Shown piece after piece: positions 46,463 through 55,582 of a stretch of 64,000 nt of DNA (its first letter is position 1; every line of letters begins with the position of its first letter). The notes below the pieces were generated by a model. The model saw nothing but the letters and a program-made list of their open reading frames with translations. It searched no databases and was not told the origin of the DNA. This DNA comes from a virus: positions 1 to 64,000 of the IMG/VR virus record IMGVR_UViG_3300042691_008788, one strand, 5' to 3'. The position numbers were made by a program, and so were the translations under genes.

Positions 46463-47404
46463 TCACTCGTTTGCGAGTCGCTTGAAGTAGTCAAGAGCAT
46501 CATCATCCTCATCGGAATCCTCTGTCTTGCTCTTTGGCTTTGCTTCCCGACCAGGTGACTTCGCTTCAGCCGCAGGGAACTTCGGGGTGAACTTCTTCTG
46601 AGGAGTTTCCTCTTCATCCTCCGAAAGATCCATGTTCTCTGCCTTTGCAGTAGATGAACCATTGATGACAGATTGGAACTTTGTCTTTAGTTCACCATAC
46701 TGCTTGAACTGATCTGGCTTGACAAAGTCCTGTAGCGGGTACTCCTTGCGCCACAGAGCCTCAAGAGCCTTCTCATCGCCCTCAAGGAGAGGAGATGCAG
46801 CAGAGAACTCGGACTTGTCATAGTTGCGATATCCATCAACATTGCGAATCTTGATCTTGAAATTCGCACCCTGCCAGAAGTCGAATGGATTCACGGGATC
46901 CTCGTCCTTGTACTGCGGATTCATCTTGTCGTTGATCTTATCAAAGATCTTCTTGCCATAGCGATAGAGGAAGATCTTTCCGTTGTTGGACGGATTCACA
47001 GGGTCATCAATGACGAGAATGTTGCTGATGTATGACAACTTCCGCTTGCGGTCACGGGCGATGTTCTTGTCATCATCATTGCCACTGTTCCAAAGTTCGT
47101 TATTGGCTTCGCAGACAGGACACTTCTGTCCGATGGTGGTGGGACAATTCTCAATGTACCAACCCCCCTTTGACTGAAAGCCGTGGCTGAAGACACGAAC
47201 CCAAGGAAGATCTTCGCTTGGGGGAGCAGGAAGGAAGCGGATCACCGCATAGCCATTTCCCGTCTTGTCCACTTCTGGTTGCCACATGCGGTCATCCTTG
47301 TAGGAGTTCTCACCCCCACCCTTCGTGACCTTCTCAAGTTCCTTTGCAAGCAGATTGCTTGCATTCTTGGAATTCTTCTTCATACTTGCGAAATCGTTTG
47401 CCAT
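46463..47404 (-). CDS. 32: Single-stranded DNA-binding protein (T4 gp32)
   Basis: DDR.W.PEVDKTGNGYAVIRFLP, ENCPTT...CPVC, YGKKIFDKI, PFDFWQGANF, NYDKSEF, acidic tail DALDYF..LA. Confidence 0.97.
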   Translation of the reverse strand: MANDFASMKKNSKNASNLLAKELEKVTKGGGENSYKDDRMWQPEVDKTGNGYAVIRFLPAPPSEDLPWVRVFSHGFQSKGGWYIENCPTTIGQKCPVCEANNELWNSGNDDDKNIARDRKRKLSYISNILVIDDPVNPSNNGKIFLYRYGKKIFDKINDKMNPQYKDEDPVNPFDFWQGANFKIKIRNVDGYRNYDKSEFSAASPLLEGDEKALEALWRKEYPLQDFVKPDQFKQYGELKTKFQSVINGSSTAKAENMDLSEDEEETPQKKFTPKFPAAEAKSPGREAKPKSKTEDSDEDDDALDYFKRLANE

Positions 47405-47450
47405 GTATTTCTCCTTGTGCTAGGTGTACTGAGTATCTGACTATGTGCTG

Positions 47451-47478
47451 AGTATACAGCGTGTACGGCGTGTGTCAA
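47451..47478 (-). promoter_or_regulatory. Sigma70-like promoter for gp32
   Basis: Minus strand TTGACA-N16-TATACT. Confidence 0.75.
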
Positions 47479-47690
47479 GCAAAAGGCAATGATTTCTTCC
47501 GCGGTAGAAGATTGATTTGCCTTGCCTCGTTCTCAATGTTTTCGATGATAGGTTTGGAAAGATGCTTTGCAACAAGCGAAGCATCTACCGAATGTTCCTC
47601 ACAGACCTCAAGGACAGCCTCCATATAGGAGATTTTCCTATTAGAAACCATGCGTTCAATGAGAGTGGATATCTGTGTGGGGTCTATCAT
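47475..47690 (-). CDS. 33: Late transcription co-activator (T4 gp33)
   Basis: IE..V....ISYMEAV...CEE..D...VAK..SK.I.E.IE.EA...NLL. Confidence 0.85.
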   Translation of the reverse strand: MIDPTQISTLIERMVSNRKISYMEAVLEVCEEHSVDASLVAKHLSKPIIENIENEARQINLLPRKKSLPFA

Positions 47691-47728
47691 GGTGAAGATT
47701 GTACCTTATGTATGGTGCTGTCAAGGAG

Positions 47729-47736
47729 TATAAATA
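47729..47736 (+). promoter_or_regulatory. T4-type late promoter
   Basis: TATAAATA ahead of the structural operon. Confidence 0.85.
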
Positions 47737-47771
47737 AGAAAGACAAATAGAATCAAAAAGGAACCCAAAAC

Positions 47772-49400
47772 ATGTCCGACATCTACGATGACAACTTGAC
47801 CATCAATCCAGGCACGGGTGGAGCAATTGTAGCCACAGACTATTATGATGATGCACACTTTCAGGTTGTCAAGATTGCATTTGGAAACACTGGAGAAGCC
47901 ATGCGGGTAAACAGCAGCACTGGTCTGCCAGTAAACCTAGTGACTTCTGGTGCAAATGTCAATACATCCATAACATCCATTGGTGCTGGTCTGAAGGTTG
48001 GAATCAATGGAAATGTTGCAGTTTATGGAGTTGCTGGAGCAACGGCAGTTGGGGTGACTGCATCGGATCTTGATATCCGTTCCCTGACTGCGGGTGATCC
48101 AAGCACGGGACTTGCACCTGGCGCAGACTTTGTCCGCGTGGTTGGCCTTTCGGGTGCATGGCCTGTCGGTGTCACTGCAACAAATCTAGGCATCCGTGCA
48201 TTGACCGCTGGCGATCCAACCACAGCGGGTGCTGCGGGACAGGACACAGTTCGCATCGTCGGTTACTCAGGAGGATGGCCCATTGGTGTCACCGCTGTTG
48301 ACCTTGACATCCGCTCATTGACATATGGTTCTGACAGTGTGTCTGTATTGAATACTGTAAATATTGACTATACGGTGGATTCTCCATACTCTGTAAGTAT
48401 AGCAGATGGATTCCCCACCAGATTGCTAAGAGCCACCAAATCAGCAGACCCATCTGGTGATTTTCCAACTCTAAATGCAAATATTTCTATTAGTGGAAAT
48501 GTAGAAGACACAGTCCGCGTCGTTGGTCTATCTGGTGCATGGCCCGTCAATACATTCGCTCATGGCCTCACAAACATCAACAACTATGACACCAAGTTGC
48601 CGATGCTTGTTGATGCCAGCGGTGCCTTGGCTGTTTATCTTGCATCTGGTTCTATTTCTGTAACGGCTGATGTTGGAAGTCTAAGCATCGGTGATGTCAC
48701 CATGAGTGGCATCTCGCTTGCATATCCAACTGGTCTATCCAAGACAATCCCAATCGTAGGATATACAGGATCAGATGCTGTACCAGTTGCGGTAACTGGT
48801 TCGGTGAACATCATGGGCATGGGACTCACTCACCTGAACGACATCAGCGTCAATACAGCGCGTGTGCTTGGCGCAAGCGGTGATTATATTGGAATCACAG
48901 GTGATGTAAGAGACAAGATAAATGATATTGAGTTTACTACTGGTCCTTCTGGCCTAAAATACTTGCAAGTTTTTGATTTGAACTCAAGTGCAATAAACAC
49001 CAGCGCAACCACAGTCGCTGCCGATAGCACCGCCATCAAAAATATCTTTCAAGCGACTTCAGCATCTCCCAATAAACTTGCATCACAGGTAGATGGAGTG
49101 AATGCGGTAAATGTAGATGTCAAGAGGATAGCCCAACCCACAGGTGGAACATCTGGTAGGATTGCAGCACCATCTGGAGGAACACAGATGGGTAGTTTGA
49201 ACCTCGAAAGCGGAATTCATTTCAAGAGTGACTTGAGCAACTCGGGAGTTGTATTCGTAGGTTTCAATAATCAAGTTTCAACACAGATAGGATTCCCACT
49301 CTATGCAGGTGATCAGATATTCATAGAAACCAACAACCTCAATAATATGTATGTGTCATCAACTATAAATGGCGCAACAGTCTACTTCATAGGAACATAA
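47772..49400 (+). CDS. Virion structural protein with internal repeats
   Basis: Repeats of VRVVG.SG.WP.GVTA..L.IR.LT; late promoter. Confidence 0.75.
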   Translation: MSDIYDDNLTINPGTGGAIVATDYYDDAHFQVVKIAFGNTGEAMRVNSSTGLPVNLVTSGANVNTSITSIGAGLKVGINGNVAVYGVAGATAVGVTASDLDIRSLTAGDPSTGLAPGADFVRVVGLSGAWPVGVTATNLGIRALTAGDPTTAGAAGQDTVRIVGYSGGWPIGVTAVDLDIRSLTYGSDSVSVLNTVNIDYTVDSPYSVSIADGFPTRLLRATKSADPSGDFPTLNANISISGNVEDTVRVVGLSGAWPVNTFAHGLTNINNYDTKLPMLVDASGALAVYLASGSISVTADVGSLSIGDVTMSGISLAYPTGLSKTIPIVGYTGSDAVPVAVTGSVNIMGMGLTHLNDISVNTARVLGASGDYIGITGDVRDKINDIEFTTGPSGLKYLQVFDLNSSAINTSATTVAADSTAIKNIFQATSASPNKLASQVDGVNAVNVDVKRIAQPTGGTSGRIAAPSGGTQMGSLNLESGIHFKSDLSNSGVVFVGFNNQVSTQIGFPLYAGDQIFIETNNLNNMYVSSTINGATVYFIGT

Positions 49401-49401
49401 C

Positions 49402-49824
49402 ATGCGTAGTGACTTTATAAACAAGAGAGATTTTCAGAGAAAACGGAATGCTACATCCACTCAGAATTTTGTAGATGGTGAGATTATAATCATTCCCGAG
49501 TTTGACACCATGTTTCTTCACGAACCAAATGTGTTTGGGACACAAACCGTTGAGAGATGGAGCGACATTCAAAATATACCACCAACTCTTAGACCAAATC
49601 CAGATTTCAATACAATGCCAGAAATGGCAATAGGATTGTTGAATCCTTGGGATGATGGTCATCAAAGACCAGACAATGCTCCTGGACAGATTACAACACA
49701 AACCAGGCCAAGAACACCAACTAGGATAGCAATGGCATTCAACCTTGCCAGCCTACCTACAAATGTACAAATTATCGATGCAAATTTAAATCTCACGGTA
49801 ACACAAAAAAGAGATTGGGATTGA
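49402..49824 (+). CDS. Hypothetical structural protein (looks like the N-terminal half of a DNRLRE/CBM96-like domain)
   Basis: DT...R..MAFNL.SLP....I.DA.L.LTV. Confidence 0.55.
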   Translation: MRSDFINKRDFQRKRNATSTQNFVDGEIIIIPEFDTMFLHEPNVFGTQTVERWSDIQNIPPTLRPNPDFNTMPEMAIGLLNPWDDGHQRPDNAPGQITTQTRPRTPTRIAMAFNLASLPTNVQIIDANLNLTVTQKRDWD

Positions 49825-49860
49825 AAAATTGAAAAATATTGAAATAAGTGAGGATCACTA

Positions 49861-52800
49861 ATGCCATTTGAACCAACAATTATTACTCCAAGCGGAGCAA
49901 CAAACGCCTTCACTACACTAGACCAACCATACCCAGTAGTGTTTGGAACTGCTGCTGGTAGTCCTGGTATTTGGAGGGGAGACGCAGAAACATCCATAGC
50001 CGATCAACTAACTGAACAGGGACTGATACCCGATGTGTCAATTGCCGCACAGATACAATCGGAACAGATAGGATCTGACAAGAACGCAGTCTGTAGGTGG
50101 ATTACCCCACCATTTCAAACAGTTGGTGGAAATGGGAATCCAGAGTACATTGATGTTGGTGTTATGGCATTTCATTACAGTGGAATACAAAAAGTTGAGT
50201 TTTTCCTGAATGGACCAAATAATAAGGCTGTTGTTACTGAGGTAACTTACAACCCAGAACAAGATGTCTCGGCATACTGGATACGCATAACTGCGGACAA
50301 TTTGGACGATTCTGGAGATTTGTGGCACACTGGACTTGATGCAGTTTCTGGAGGTGGAGCAAACCTCGGTAGAGCAAATGGCCCAACATACAAAAGACAT
50401 CATGAATTACAGGCGGTCGTTTATCCAAAAAATGGACCGCCAAGAATACTTCATGGAAAACCAAATAACTCATTTGACAATATCCTGTATAACGAGATAC
50501 CATCTCATACAAGATCTGATGGGATCCGCTACGGCTCAAAAGAAAACGGAATACGCTCATTCTACTTTTCTAGCAATCGAAACAACACTCTCTTCAACGG
50601 CTCAGTTTATGTCGATGCAGTAAATGGAGTCGATGATCTTTCAAGAAGCGGAACAGAACAGGAACCAATGTACAGCATAGAGTTCGCATTTAGAAAACTT
50701 ATGCGAATGAAATTCAAGCATTACAATCCAAGCAGTAATCTTGATCTGCAATTGATAACTGAAGGAGATGTTGGTGGTGGAAAAATATACCTCATGGATC
50801 TTGGAGATGGGCCAGCCAGTTTTGCTGGTCATAAAATGGGATATAAGAACCTGGCGGATCAGACAGCACCATCCACCGTAACCATTAAAAATGGAAAATA
50901 TGATACTGGATTTCCATTTAAGTGTTTTGCCCACAGGTGGGTGACGATATCACCAGCACCAGGAGTAACTGATAAAAAGAGAGCGAAGATAAAGGGATTC
51001 CACCCTCAGCAAAATATAGCCTTTTACAAGCAAGCAGCAAACTTCGGAATAGTATGCACACTCGTCAAATACGAAAATTTGTATATGGAATCAGACTATC
51101 CATATACTGAATATCTTTTCGGCATTGGTCCAGTACTTGATCAGAATGAAACAACATCACAACTTCAATATACAGACAAGTGGAGAGTAAAAAGAGGAGT
51201 TGCTTCCGATCCACCAAATCCAACAACTGAAGATCCATCGGATCAACTATGCTGTATGTGGGGATTCAGGCATACTTCATTAGCCACATTTGCTCCAGTT
51301 AACGCTGTTTCCAATATTTCTATTAGAGAAAATGTAAAGTTCATAATGCCTCCTCGGGCATGGTTCCATGAAGTAGATGTGGATGCAGACACAAGAACAC
51401 CAGAAAGGATTTATAAGTGGGCTGATGCATATGGTTTGACATACACCACCACGATGATAACTCCATTCAACCATAATACATTGACAGCAGCAGATCTAAA
51501 GGCTAATACCAAGGGATTCACCTGGCAAAATGCACACATTGGAATACAGCACAAGGACGGCACACTTGCTTTTGGCGGAACATATGGAAATGGATCTTCT
51601 CCAGGTAATCCTCTACAACTCGACAAGGTTCCATCCATATTCGTGAAGACTCTGACTCCAATGGCTGGATTCTGTGCAGATGCTGGATATACCTTCAACT
51701 TCTCATGGGTAAATCCAGTAGGATCACATACAAATGCACAGTTCGATACGGCAGCAACATCTTATATCTTCATGACCAACAGTGTCATTAGAAAGAGTCA
51801 AGAACCAGGTCAATGTCGTTTCGACATGTGCATCAACTCCACCATAGATCAGACTCAAGGAGATATTTTCCTCGGAAACGGTGTTCTATATCAGCCATTC
51901 ATTATAAATGGATATGCAATGTCAAACACCGTAAATGCTGGTAGTGCGGTGTTTGGTAGACCGCACTCAGACATTCTCCAATCCAATGGAGGAGAATTCT
52001 CGTTCTTGGCAAGAGAAGTTGGCATGAACAATGTAATCATGTACAGACTCAACAACCCAAGCCCAAGGAGTCCAAGATACGACAATCCAGAAAAAAGACA
52101 TTTTGTTCCTGGAACTGGAAAGGTCACGAATCCAAATAGACAAGGACAAGCATTGTTCTCTGGTCAGGTCAAAGAAGGAAAAGTCTTCTATGAAGGAGTT
52201 ACATACACCTATACAGGAACCCCATATAACAAAGATATTGTCCTTTGCGATAGTCTAATAAAGACAAGAGACGCCTCTCAACAATGGATATTGTCTTGTA
52301 GGCATGAAAATATTCTTGCATACAACACACAGATGATGTCAAGCAATCCCGACACTCCAATTCCAAACAACACTATGATTGGAATGGCTGGTGGACCAAA
52401 TGGAGCGGTCAGGAGATATCAGGATGCTGTACCATCATATCCATTCCTACATAGACCAAATAGCAATACAGCAGGATTTAAGATACACTCAAGTTTTGAT
52501 CTATTCTTACTCGACAATGTACAGACATATAAGGTAGATCCAAATTTTGAGGATGAACAAAATCAAACATTCAATCAACCAAGAGAAAAATTGCAGTTGT
52601 GGGTCAGTGCAAATCAAACCGCGAATAGTAGTGGAATTGCAAATACAACTAAAGTCGGAATAGATTTAAGACAGACAATAGACAATAAGCCACTACCACC
52701 AATTGATGAAGATGTTGTTATTTCAAATCTTGAATATCCATTTGAATTGAACGGAAAAGTTGGCAATGATCAAGCAAAGATATTCTTCCCCGTAGTCGAT

Positions 52801-54693
52801 TTAGACAAGGATGCCTATCTACTAGAACCAATAATAGATGGTTCACGACCACAACCAACAGCCACGATCAGAGGAACCTGGTGGACAAATACACTACCAA
52901 GCACTGTAAATGGTGCGCCGTATGGTTGGTGGCCGTCTGCCGTGACATATGAAAACTTCAGAAATGGTGACAATGGTGATGGTGCTGCTGGCGATATTAG
53001 GGTGTATTGGAATACTGAAAAACTTGGTACAGGTGGAGATCCAACACTTGGCACAGGAAAATCAAATCCACAGCCAACCGATCCTGGCTACAATCCTAAT
53101 CAAAGAGGATTTAGAAACACAATATTGTATAGGTACACAAATTTTGATTATGATGGAACTAGAGATGATAATGGTGTGGTAAGACAAAGAAGCGAGTTTG
53201 AAGGTGATAGCACACAAGTGGACACTCAACAAGGAAATCCACCAACACCATTGCAAAATCATCCAATAACCATCAGACTTACTACCACGGACATAAAGCA
53301 AAATATGTCTTGGACAATGAAAGACAACATAGATCCTAGTGCTGGAACAACACACGGACCAGATGGAATATATCCTTCAGCGGACATAATACAGATACCA
53401 AATTATCTTGATAGAATAGAGGAAATAACCGATCCAAATAATAGTCCAGAGATAGGACCAAGTGTAAATTCAGAGATAATTGGCAACACATTCGCTTACA
53501 TAAATCAGGGTGGTGTATATGTCAGTGGTGGTGTAGTAGACAATATACAACTCAATACAAATTTTGGTGATACCAATAAAATTGTTATAACAAATCTTGC
53601 AACTACATTCCTAAACAAAGCAAGAAAAAATAACGGCATGACCATGTGTTTAATTATACATGGAAAAAGCAACCCAAGTTCTGAGTTCGGTGAATTTAAA
53701 TACCTGGCTGCCCCACCAGAGGAAATAGATCCAGATACTGGATTGCCAAGACAAGGTGACTTTGATTTTGATGAGGTATTCTATGAAAACTTCTACAAGA
53801 AGTTTGCTTATATTGCGTTCAATAGTAAGGAATCACCTGTAACCCAATCTATAACAAGCAATCAGTTCTCATTTAGAAAATCCGCACACCACACATACAT
53901 CAATTTCAGTAGACCAGAAATGGATGGGTTGTCTCTGTCTAGTGCATTGAACGGAACATCAATCATCGACATGGTAACTCCTTTTGTTAGCACTCCAAAG
54001 TTGGCTAAATTACAAACAGCAACAATAGGTTGCACATGTAACTTCAACTCATATGGAACAGAAAATACTTCAGCGAGCAGAGTTGCTGGTACAAGCCCGA
54101 CTACAATAACTTGCAAAAGTATTAGCCTTGAGTATCTTGGTTTTGATGGAAATCAAATTAGATTTAAGAATAAAGCAGCATCTTCAATGTTCTCAAGCAG
54201 AACTCCAGCATATCAACACAGTGGAGCAATAGGATCTGCCAATCAAACATTTCAATTCAATAGTTCTATAAATGACTATAGATTTGATATACCATTGAAT
54301 GAACCAGATGTACCACCAACACCAGAACAATCGATAAACATCAGATTCTTAAATCCAGTTGGTTCTGGTTCCAAGAATCTATTGGGATATAAAGTTCCCG
54401 CTGCTGGTGTACGCTTGTTTGGCGGAACAAATAATATTGGTATCACCGCTGGCTCTTACATCAGGGTCAGCAACTCACCATCAAATAATGGAATCTATCA
54501 AGTATTGTCTGTAATAGATGGTATTGATGGCGATACACTTTCAAACACGGCTACAAATGGATCTACTGAATATCAGTATCTTGAACTAAGTAGAAGCATA
54601 ACTGCACAAGAACAGGCTGTTGGAAATAGCATAGTGATTGAGAATGTATCACATCTACCGATACTTCATGTGAAATATCGACAACCACTATAA
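49861..54693 (+). CDS. Large virion protein (possible tailspike/glycan-binding, beta-rich)
   Basis: 1610 aa; Ig-like GI.KVEFF.NG; YVDAVNG.D....GT...P motif typical of beta-helix enzymes; AT-rich. Confidence 0.7.
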   Translation: MPFEPTIITPSGATNAFTTLDQPYPVVFGTAAGSPGIWRGDAETSIADQLTEQGLIPDVSIAAQIQSEQIGSDKNAVCRWITPPFQTVGGNGNPEYIDVGVMAFHYSGIQKVEFFLNGPNNKAVVTEVTYNPEQDVSAYWIRITADNLDDSGDLWHTGLDAVSGGGANLGRANGPTYKRHHELQAVVYPKNGPPRILHGKPNNSFDNILYNEIPSHTRSDGIRYGSKENGIRSFYFSSNRNNTLFNGSVYVDAVNGVDDLSRSGTEQEPMYSIEFAFRKLMRMKFKHYNPSSNLDLQLITEGDVGGGKIYLMDLGDGPASFAGHKMGYKNLADQTAPSTVTIKNGKYDTGFPFKCFAHRWVTISPAPGVTDKKRAKIKGFHPQQNIAFYKQAANFGIVCTLVKYENLYMESDYPYTEYLFGIGPVLDQNETTSQLQYTDKWRVKRGVASDPPNPTTEDPSDQLCCMWGFRHTSLATFAPVNAVSNISIRENVKFIMPPRAWFHEVDVDADTRTPERIYKWADAYGLTYTTTMITPFNHNTLTAADLKANTKGFTWQNAHIGIQHKDGTLAFGGTYGNGSSPGNPLQLDKVPSIFVKTLTPMAGFCADAGYTFNFSWVNPVGSHTNAQFDTAATSYIFMTNSVIRKSQEPGQCRFDMCINSTIDQTQGDIFLGNGVLYQPFIINGYAMSNTVNAGSAVFGRPHSDILQSNGGEFSFLAREVGMNNVIMYRLNNPSPRSPRYDNPEKRHFVPGTGKVTNPNRQGQALFSGQVKEGKVFYEGVTYTYTGTPYNKDIVLCDSLIKTRDASQQWILSCRHENILAYNTQMMSSNPDTPIPNNTMIGMAGGPNGAVRRYQDAVPSYPFLHRPNSNTAGFKIHSSFDLFLLDNVQTYKVDPNFEDEQNQTFNQPREKLQLWVSANQTANSSGIANTTKVGIDLRQTIDNKPLPPIDEDVVISNLEYPFELNGKVGNDQAKIFFPVVDLDKDAYLLEPIIDGSRPQPTATIRGTWWTNTLPSTVNGAPYGWWPSAVTYENFRNGDNGDGAAGDIRVYWNTEKLGTGGDPTLGTGKSNPQPTDPGYNPNQRGFRNTILYRYTNFDYDGTRDDNGVVRQRSEFEGDSTQVDTQQGNPPTPLQNHPITIRLTTTDIKQNMSWTMKDNIDPSAGTTHGPDGIYPSADIIQIPNYLDRIEEITDPNNSPEIGPSVNSEIIGNTFAYINQGGVYVSGGVVDNIQLNTNFGDTNKIVITNLATTFLNKARKNNGMTMCLIIHGKSNPSSEFGEFKYLAAPPEEIDPDTGLPRQGDFDFDEVFYENFYKKFAYIAFNSKESPVTQSITSNQFSFRKSAHHTYINFSRPEMDGLSLSSALNGTSIIDMVTPFVSTPKLAKLQTATIGCTCNFNSYGTENTSASRVAGTSPTTITCKSISLEYLGFDGNQIRFKNKAASSMFSSRTPAYQHSGAIGSANQTFQFNSSINDYRFDIPLNEPDVPPTPEQSINIRFLNPVGSGSKNLLGYKVPAAGVRLFGGTNNIGITAGSYIRVSNSPSNNGIYQVLSVIDGIDGDTLSNTATNGSTEYQYLELSRSITAQEQAVGNSIVIENVSHLPILHVKYRQPL

Positions 54694-54696
54694 AAG

Positions 54697-54728
54697 CAAA
54701 ACCCCCCGTGTGAAGAGCGGGGGGTTTG
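54697..54728. terminator. Bidirectional terminator between convergent genes
   Basis: CAAAACCCCCCG...CGGGGGGTTTG; second hairpin AACCCCCA/TGGGGGTT at about 54781. Confidence 0.7.
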
Positions 54729-54840
54729 CACATGTGGGTGTCAAATCATAACCCACTCGCATCTATCTATGAAAAGAAACAACCCCCATTTCTGGGGGTT
54801 GTCGGCCAAGAGATGCTATCTCAAGGGGGGTTGTTACTAT

Positions 54841-55506
54841 TTAGCGGCGACGACGGCCAACAAGACCCGCCATGCCAAGAAGAGCGATTGCTCCTGGTGA
54901 TGGAGCAGAAAGAACAAATGCCCCACCCGCTGTGCTTCCAATCGACGGTGGAAGCGGATGCCAAGAACCCCATCCACCAGGTCCGAATGGACTGGTCTGC
55001 CAGAATCCCGCTGTGTTCTCTCCCTGCGACCATACGAACTGATCCCCAGCAGCATCATTGAGAAGAACACCGATGTTCATGAAATATGAACCCGCTGCAA
55101 TCTCAAATGCAAGAGGAACATAGAACTCATATACAGGTTGACCAAAGAAGTTTTCATCTCCAGTCGGTGTTGCGGTGATATTTGTCATGCTGATCTTGGT
55201 TGAGAAAACCTGATCGCTGAAATCATCATTCCAAACAACGACCTGAAATGCATAGAAGTTTGTGATTCCCTGATCATTGAAACCATTGGACGAACCCCAC
55301 CAACGAAGCGAGGATGTCGTATAGGAATCCTCAAGGGAGAATGCCTGTGCGCCACTTTGTGCATAGGTATATGTTCCCTTTGAATTGAATGCGTCAGAAT
55401 AGAATCCAACCGTGTCTGCCACTGGATTGTTCACAACTACAAATTCTGCCTTTGCTACCGAGCCACACATCACGGCTGCTACCAAACCAACAATAAAATT
55501 CTTCAT
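54841..55506 (-). CDS. PEP-CTERM (PAPG-type) exosortase-sorted surface protein
   Basis: Signal peptide ending AKA; C-terminus APSPGAIALLGMAGLVGRRRR. Confidence 0.9.
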   Translation of the reverse strand: MKNFIVGLVAAVMCGSVAKAEFVVVNNPVADTVGFYSDAFNSKGTYTYAQSGAQAFSLEDSYTTSSLRWWGSSNGFNDQGITNFYAFQVVVWNDDFSDQVFSTKISMTNITATPTGDENFFGQPVYEFYVPLAFEIAAGSYFMNIGVLLNDAAGDQFVWSQGENTAGFWQTSPFGPGGWGSWHPLPPSIGSTAGGAFVLSAPSPGAIALLGMAGLVGRRRR

Positions 55507-55554
55507 TCTATCTCCTTTGTTTTACTGCCACCACCATGGTGGTCAGTTGTTGTC

Positions 55555-55582
55555 ATTATATTCGTTTTTTATTGACTGTCAA
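55555..55582 (-). promoter_or_regulatory. Consensus sigma70 promoter for the PEP-CTERM gene
   Basis: Minus strand TTGACA-N16-TATAAT. Confidence 0.8.

Noticed and set aside
49822-49860. In-frame TGA codons between ORFs 49402 and 49861, suggesting read-through or a recoded genetic code
   Set aside because: Three stops in 13 codons, and a GAGGA RBS precedes 49861. TGA ends many coupled genes elsewhere, no suppressor tRNA was seen, and the conserved genes are intact under code 11.
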